Positions 45,035-51,688 of a DNA stretch of 51,688 bases are shown piece by piece. The DNA is from Trichinella spiralis. Its lineage: Eukaryota. The stretch lies in assembly GCF_000181795.1 (NCBI RefSeq), contig NW_003526948.1:356530-408217 (forward strand), in the 5' to 3' direction. The notes under the pieces were generated by a model, which was not told the DNA's origin, searched no databases, and saw only the letters and a list, made by a program, of their open reading frames with translations. The first letter of the stretch is position 1. Each line of letters starts with the position of its first letter. A program made the translations under genes and the position numbers.

Positions 45035-46059
45035 CTGCCTCCTGGAGATATTTTTCACTTTTTCCTTTCATCAGTACTTTTTCTACATTCATATTGTTCC
45101 TTTTTGTTTATTGCATGCTATTTGCTTAGTTAGCTTGTTAATTCAAGTGAACGCGAAATGAGAAAAGCAAATTGTACCACTTCAGTTGCTGCTGTAGCGA
45201 AAGTTTCCAAAGACCATTCACATTGATTTCTAATAATTATATTCAGATGTGTTTTGTTTATTTTCATTCATTTATTTATTTTGCACATTTTACGTGTGAC
45301 AGTGTTTCATGTGATGAATTTAGTAACTAAAATATTGCTTTATTTTTGTAAAGAAAAAAACGTTCCATTCTTTCGTGTATACTTTTTGGATGACTTCATC
45401 AGTGACCGACCGTTCGACATGAAAAACTGCTCTAATTTCAATTTGTTCAACTTTCAACTGTAACGTCGGTAATACTTGCTTTTGCAAATGCAACCCATCA
45501 AAAATCTTATCCAATGAACATAATGCAAAACGTTAATATCTGCCATAGTAATGACTGAAGCATATGTGGAGAGTTTTTCATTGGCAACTGTTTAAGCAAC
45601 AGCATTGGTATATTTAAGCATAACTGTTGTTTGTCAAATCTCATCTACAGTATTTTGAAAGATAATCAAGTTTAATAACATTGCAACAGTACTTTTCTTA
45701 GATAACTGAAGCGAGATGGGTTGAATGGGTTCGTTATTATATTGAAAAAGGTAAAATTATTTCATAGATGTAACTTTTTTAAATTATACATCGAGAGTTC
45801 TTTATATGTACTTAAGAAACTGTTTTGTTTCTTAATTATTTGTAAACTTATTCGAGTTTTTGATTTTTATTTGTTGCCATCTTTTTTGATACTTGATCAA
45901 AGTATGAATGTAAATCAATTACAAATTTTTTACTCATATATTTTTATTTTAATAGCACAGTTTATCTGGCGAATATATTTGATTGTTGGAACTTTATGTA
46001 TTTGTAGCTTGTTTTTTTGTTTATTAGAAGTCAATTAAGCTGTATGCTTCATATTTCAG

Positions 46060-46196
46060 AGATTTACCGCAACGTTACACAACGTCGTGGACAAGTTGGT
46101 GATGAATCCTCAATACATAGAAGTTTGAACACAATCCAAGTAGCACCAACCGAGCCTGTTATTGATCGTTCTGGGATCAAATGTTGCAATCAATGA
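46060..46196 (+). CDS. RAB11: Rab11 alternative distal last exon
   Basis: TTTCAG acceptor at 46054-46059, in phase with the donor at 44479. Encodes EIYRNVTQRRGQVGDESSIHRSLNTIQVAPTEPVIDRSGIKCCNQ*, followed by ATAAAA/AATAAA signals. Confidence 0.85.
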
Positions 46197-46646
46197 AAAC
46201 AACGAATTTGTAACGTTGCAAAGAATATAATTTGTAATTTCGAAGCAACTGAACCATAATCATGATTATATTTTTATTTCTTTTTTTATAATAAAATCAC
46301 CCTAACAGTTTTGCAGCATTTCATTTTTCGCTGCAAGTGAAATTTTGTTAGACTTGAAAACATTCTTTATCATTAGAGCCAGTGGAATTACAATTGGTTA
46401 TTTTGCTTTAATGTTGCGCGCTGCAATATGAATATGATACAGTCATAAAATGAAATTTTTATTTAATAAATATAGTATATTATTTCAAAATGTAAAATAT
46501 TAATTTAGAAGAAAAAATGTTATTCCAAATCTGATAAACCAAAAATGTCAATTTCTGAATTTAGAATAATGAATGATACATATTGAATAGTATAATTAAA
46601 CTAAAGAAATGAAATGTTATTGTTTATCAAACGTTTTTTGTTATTT

Positions 46647-47396
46647 TTATTTTTCACAGCACTGCTCTTCGATTTTTCTTCCACTTTCATTCTGCATCCC
46701 ATTTTTTCCCACGCTTGCCGTATCTTCTTTACTTTCAGAATAGTCTTCGTTTTTAGCTGTATAATAAATACTACTACCACTTTCAAATCCATTCAAAGCC
46801 GAATAGTAAGTTGTGCTGTTTGTCGATGGAAATGTCTCTGATGAGGAACCTGTTTGGTTTTTCACTGCTTTTTCCATGGTTTCGCCACTTTCCAAACGTT
46901 CACTGTTGTCGCTGCCCGACTCTGTATCACTGAGCTTGCCTTCAATCTGCTTGTTGTAACCTACCTCGATTACATAGGTAATCATTGGTTCGGTTAATAT
47001 TGAATCATTTTTCCATAACTCAGTTGGTTTCTTCCACGTTTTTTCTTTCGGCGCAACAATCATATAAACGGAGAGATAATCATTTTTGTAGTCAAAATTC
47101 GAAGTTCTTAGTTTCAAAAACTGAATTTTCAAATAAAATTCACTTTTCGGATTAATTATTCCATATTTCGGCATTGGAATCAGCAAATGTTTGCGAGTGG
47201 AATCCACTTTGAAAGCAATACTGCTTTCCGTTGGATTGTAGATACGGATCTCTTCTTCATTTATTTCATCGTGGGATGGCGTTATCCGTATAAATTTCAT
47301 CGGCTTCTTCATTTCAATCAAACATCCATGCTTACTGGAATTGAACATGCTTGGCGAATAAACTGGCTTGCACCTTGCAAACTTTCGACATAACAT
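46647..47396 (-). CDS. MSP (major sperm protein)-domain protein with a low-complexity Ser/Glu-rich tail, single exon
   Basis: IRIYNPTESSIAFKVDST...PKYGIINPKSEFYLKI...KNDYLSV resembles the MSP fold (NP...AFKVK.T...P..G.I.P...D). First ATG at 47396; the ORF track starts at a TTG. Confidence 0.75.
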   Translation of the reverse strand: MLCRKFARCKPVYSPSMFNSSKHGCLIEMKKPMKFIRITPSHDEINEEEIRIYNPTESSIAFKVDSTRKHLLIPMPKYGIINPKSEFYLKIQFLKLRTSNFDYKNDYLSVYMIVAPKEKTWKKPTELWKNDSILTEPMITYVIEVGYNKQIEGKLSDTESGSDNSERLESGETMEKAVKNQTGSSSETFPSTNSTTYYSALNGFESGSSIYYTAKNEDYSESKEDTASVGKNGMQNESGRKIEEQCCEK

Positions 47397-49790
47397 TGAT
47401 TTCAAATAATACAGGTAATGAAACTCCGTTGTGAGTTGTTTAAAGTGGTTTAAAACAAGTTTTTAAAATAAAGCTTAAACTAAAAACTTTAAATTTAAAC
47501 TTTTATTTTAGCAGAATTATCAATTGATGAATGAGCATAGGCGCCATACCCTGATTTTCGACATATGATTTTTGAAAATAAAGTGTCTACAGATCAGTTT
47601 TTGAACCTGAACAATAAGGAAGGTTTTTAAGATCAAATATTATTACTAAGGAATATGGAAATGCTATATAGCGTCGACTGGACACTTGTGACATTGAGTA
47701 CAGGCAAACTGATGACATATTTTACTCACAATGGTATAATATATAACATACAACGGTTACTTAACTAAAAAAATTTATTGCTGCTTTGAATGTAGTAGTG
47801 CTATTTTAGTTGGTTTTGTCCTTTGTTTTGTCATTTTAGTTCTGTAAAGACAAGTATCGTGATTCATGACTGTGCTGTGCGAGTTTTCAAAAAGTTGGTC
47901 TCACCAGATGTCTCTGGGAGAGGTTTGTTTTGGTACTTTAAAGGCCAGTTAAAAATTGTCTTATGCAATGCGTATATTAGACCTAACTATCAGCAAAATA
48001 TATTACAGTTACGCTTCATAAGAAAACATAAGTTACAGTTCGCCAATATCAATTTTGCTTGAACTAAACGCTGACAACTGTAGACTGTTTTCGTAGAGAA
48101 TTTTTTAAAAGGATTGAATATTTATTAATTTTAAATAAATTAAAATAATTTACATTCTTTATTTTATGTTATATAAATTTTTTGTGAAAGTAAACTTTAA
48201 TTCTTTCAAATATACTGTATGTACAATTATTTTGCAGTTGATACGTATTATCCTTATTAGTTCACTGAATATTTTATAATTAGTAAGAAATAGTTTCAAG
48301 ATAACGTTTTTCTTGTAGATGAAGGTAGTCTTTCTGTTTATAAGTCCTGTTTATGTCGATGATTTTCCAGAAAAAAGTTGTCTATATGCTAAAACTTCAA
48401 AAAGTTCATTCATCATTATCAGCTGAAAGCTGATGTTGCAGCACTGTGTCCACAGTTCATGTATGTTATAATATAAAACGAACAAGCCGTTAAATTTGCA
48501 TTACTGTCGAGGATATGTGGTCATTATTTTGTTTTCTTATTTTATTAGAAACATATTTTCTTTTAACCTTTTTCTGTTTTTCTGATGATTTCTTAATACA
48601 TAAGGGTGATTCCCATTTCCCCTAATTAATATCTTTAAAACACTGTGCAGTTTCAATGCAGAGAACACTACAGGAAGAATATATCTGAAAAAAGGAATCA
48701 CTGTAACACTTCATTGGAAGCCACACAAACGGAACAGACTTGCAGTATATATGCAGGTTTACTTTACTGAAAGTAAACATTTCATGGAATACAGTCCTTG
48801 TTTCCATCATTCTGATTAATTGAAGTCCTGATTGATACCACATGTGTGGCTACTTGAATTCACTTTCGCTAAGTAACAAAGATACAATGCTGATTTGCAT
48901 AATTAGCATAATTTGTACTAGCCCAGAGATGAAATTCATTACAATTGCTATGAAATTAAACAAATTCACAATTTATATCTAATTATTGGGCTCATGCATG
49001 GTATTTGCTCGATTCTTTTGAGGAATCCAACAGTATGTACAGTGCAAATTATTCCCAGCGCCTCAGAAATTACAAGAATTGTAAAGTAATTTGATGATAA
49101 GTGCAAACAAAACTGTGACAAATAAAGGTATGTAAATTTTGAATAACGCGCAACCCATGATTTTTTGGGAAATTTGATAAAATTGAAGGTTTGAGCATTT
49201 GAAATTTATAGAATGAAAAGAATCGCATCTTGCACGAAAATAGCTTTCTGATGTGATAATGTTGGATAATTCATATCTCTAAAGTGTAATAAGTGAAAAA
49301 AATTCAATGAACAAAATTTTCAATTTTGAAAATGAATGTTATTTAAATGAAAAGCACGAATAATTCCTATTAAATGACTTCCTATTTTTGGAGAAAACAT
49401 TCATAGTTGGGATGTAAAAATTAATGAAACAATTCCATTTGCATATTTATTTCTTTTTTGTTCTCCATTCCTTTGTATTTCGACTCCATTAAAATCTTAT
49501 TTTTGTTACACTTTTTCAATATATCTCAACAAATACCCAATCAGGATCTGTCGGTATAATTTCATAATAATTGGAAAATAATTCTCTACCGACATAAATC
49601 AATTGCCTTAATTTTTTCAGAAAAAAATTTTTCTCGTAAATTGCAAAATTACATGGGCTACAGACTAGGTTGTTTTGGCAAAAAACGGCGAAAAATTTGA
49701 TTTCCAAATTTGGAATATTTTTGATCGTAATAATTTTATACTGCTAAAATAAAGTGTTTTCTAAAATTTCAACACACACTTTTCAGTAGT

Positions 49791-49882
49791 NNNNNNNNNN
49801 NNNNNNNNNNNNNNNNNNNNNNNNNNNNNNNNNNNNNNNNNNNNNNNNNNNNNNNNNNNNNNNNNNNNNNNNNNNNNNNNNN
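49791..49882. other. Assembly gap (92 N)
   Basis: Run of N. Confidence 1.
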
Positions 49883-49972
49883 GTTCTCGATGTGCTTCGG
49901 GTCGTCCTCGATTGCTTCGTGTCGTCCTCGATCTGCTTCGTGTCGTCCGCGATCTGCTTCGTGTGGTCCGCG
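49883..49972. repeat. About 21-bp minisatellite (consensus GATCTGCTTCGTGTCGTCCTC) adjoining the assembly gap
   Basis: About 4 visible units run directly into the 92 N at 49791-49882. Confidence 0.85.
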
Positions 49973-49995
49973 TTTTCACTTCTTCTTTTCTTCAT
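49883..49995 (-). CDS. Possible 5' end of a repeat-containing small protein, truncated by the N gap
   Basis: TTACAG acceptor, then MKKRRSENADHTKQIADDTKQIEDDTKQ..., running into the gap. Homologous to the ORF at 50761-50859. Confidence 0.3.
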
Positions 49996-51320
49996 TGATC
50001 ATATCTGTAAGAATGGTATATGTTAAATCAAAATTTTTCGCACTTTATTACACAGTGGAATCAAAAAATTGAACAAAAAATTTTGAAATAAAAGAAGTAA
50101 CTGATTTTCAATTAAAGATAACCTTAACAAAATGATTATATATAGAGAGTTTCGAAAAAAAAGTAACAACGAGAAAACTTTAAATACTTCAACAATTAAA
50201 AACCGACTTCAGTAGTTACTTAACGCCAACGTTTGACGGTGCTGTTACTTGCCACGCAAGTCAAACAAACAAGCGCACCATTACTGATTGATGATAGAAT
50301 AAAATGAATTTTCAAGCGATACTCATTTGTATACTGTAGCGATAGAAATCGGTTTGAGTTGATTGGAAAATTTTCTGGAGGAAGAATTAATTCTAACCGA
50401 ACGCTATTTAATTAGGAAAATTGAAACCTCAAGCACAGCGAATGACCTACATAAATGGAACTTATCGCATAATGTTTTCACTAAAATATAAGCACAATCG
50501 ATGCGTATGCTGACAAACAAAGCTAATGTAACAAAAGATGTAATTTACGAAATGTCTCTGATGCTGTGAAATTTGAAAATATAAAGTGAAAAAAAGTTAA
50601 TTAATTTTCAATCTTTCTAAAGATGAAGTCATACCTAATCTTAATATGAAAATCAAAAAGAGCAGTTTTACAGTGAAAAATATCTCACTCATATACTACA
50701 TACTACAAACTTGAATAATTTCATTAAACTAAGGAATAACTTCACCCTTTCGAAGTATCCTTAGCCTTGCTTTACAGATCCACAAGAAACGGCATTTACC
50801 TCTTGCCTTCTCTTGTTCTGCTTCGTGCCGTCCGTGTTTTCACATTTTCTTTGCTCCATTCTTTAAACCTGTAATAATGATATTAAATCAAAACTATCCT
50901 CACTTTATCACAAAGTAGAATTACAACAAATATAATATAATTAAGTGCTATCTAATTAAAAAATAATTGTTTACGTAATAAGTATACAAAGTTTAAAAAA
51001 ATAACAAGCAGAAAAGTGGAATACTTGTCTGTAAATCTGAAGCGGCCTTCAGCAGCTACTTAACGCCCGTAATGAACTCAGAGAATGTTCAACGATGCTA
51101 CCAATTGCCACGTAAATTAAACAAACAAACGCACCCTTACTGATGATAAGGTAGCGTTATAGCGATCCTTATTTGCATAATGCAGCGTTAGAAACCGGTT
51201 TTTAATGTGTCAGAACATTTGGCTGAAGCTTGCTTCTGGTCAATTGAAAGTACATGTTAGCTATTGCAAAGGTGGTTTTCGAAAGACTATATTTCAATAA
51301 TAGATAAACAATGCGTACAG
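49955..51320. repeat. Diverged tandem duplication (about 49955-50510 vs 50818-51320; period about 0.85 kb)
   Basis: Collinear blocks: CTGCTTCGTG..GTCCG.GTTTTCAC, TTAAATCAAAA, CACTTTAT, CTTCAG.AG.TACTTAACGCC, TGCCACG.AA.T.AAACAAACAA.CGCACC.TTACTGAT, TAGAAA.CGGTTT. Confidence 0.85.
50761..50859 (-). CDS. Possible 32-aa ORF or first exon, paralogous to the ORF starting at 49995
   Basis: TTACAG acceptor, then MEQRKCENTDGTKQNKRRQEVNAVSCGSVKQG*. A GAG|GTAAAT donor may continue the gene by splicing. Confidence 0.25.
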   Translation of the reverse strand: MEQRKCENTDGTKQNKRRQEVNAVSCGSVKQG

Positions 51321-51620
51321 GGTGTATTTAATGAAACTTAATTGTACAGAAATTTGGCGATTATTAAGTCACGTATCATCTCATGTTGTGAATTCTTCAT
51401 AGAAAATATATTGAGAAATTATGCTCATTGTCGATTGTCAATTGCACTGTTAAGTGATTATGACTGAAAAATTATAAAGCTGCTACTTACTGCTAAATTC
51501 GCCATTTTCTCATTGTTCATGTTCATGCTCTTTCGGTGTTGATTAAAAATTTATTTTTCAGAAATTATTCCAAAAAATAATAATGATATTAAAAACAAAA
51601 ATAGTGTTCGGATTCAATGT

Positions 51621-51688
51621 TTGCCTTTAGTCATTTTCCAATCAAAACGCTGACCTACCATCCACGGAGGCCTCAAACTGAAATGATT
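51621..51688 (+). repeat. Dispersed repeat copy matching 1-70
   Basis: Direct-orientation, near-identical match to the start of the window. Confidence 0.95.

Noticed and set aside
49883..49972. Regularly spaced short repeats, superficially CRISPR-like
   Set aside because: No unique spacers, no cas genes and a eukaryotic context; this is a minisatellite.

Overview
AT-rich, intron-dense eukaryotic DNA, most likely from a clade I parasitic nematode (Trichinella-like; inferred from the enolase sequence, an MSP-domain gene and many 50-100 nt introns). Genes reconstructed by hand-splicing, in order: enolase (-), intronless INTS6 (+), a secreted EMI+FAS1 periostin/TGFBI-like gene (-), two tandem UMP synthase paralogues (-), acid ceramidase (+), an Lbc-family C1-DH-PH RhoGEF (+), ALG9 (-), MRPS22 (-), Rab11 (+) and an MSP-domain gene (-). 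A diverged tandem duplicate of tiny ORFs sits beside an assembly gap, and the same repeat occurs at both window ends. Two features stand out. First, the two UMPS copies have lost complementary sets of active-site residues, so neither has a canonical OMP decarboxylase site. Second, Rab11 has two alternative last exons, each encoding its own hypervariable tail and CC prenylation motif. All gene models are manual, with no alignments or searches run.
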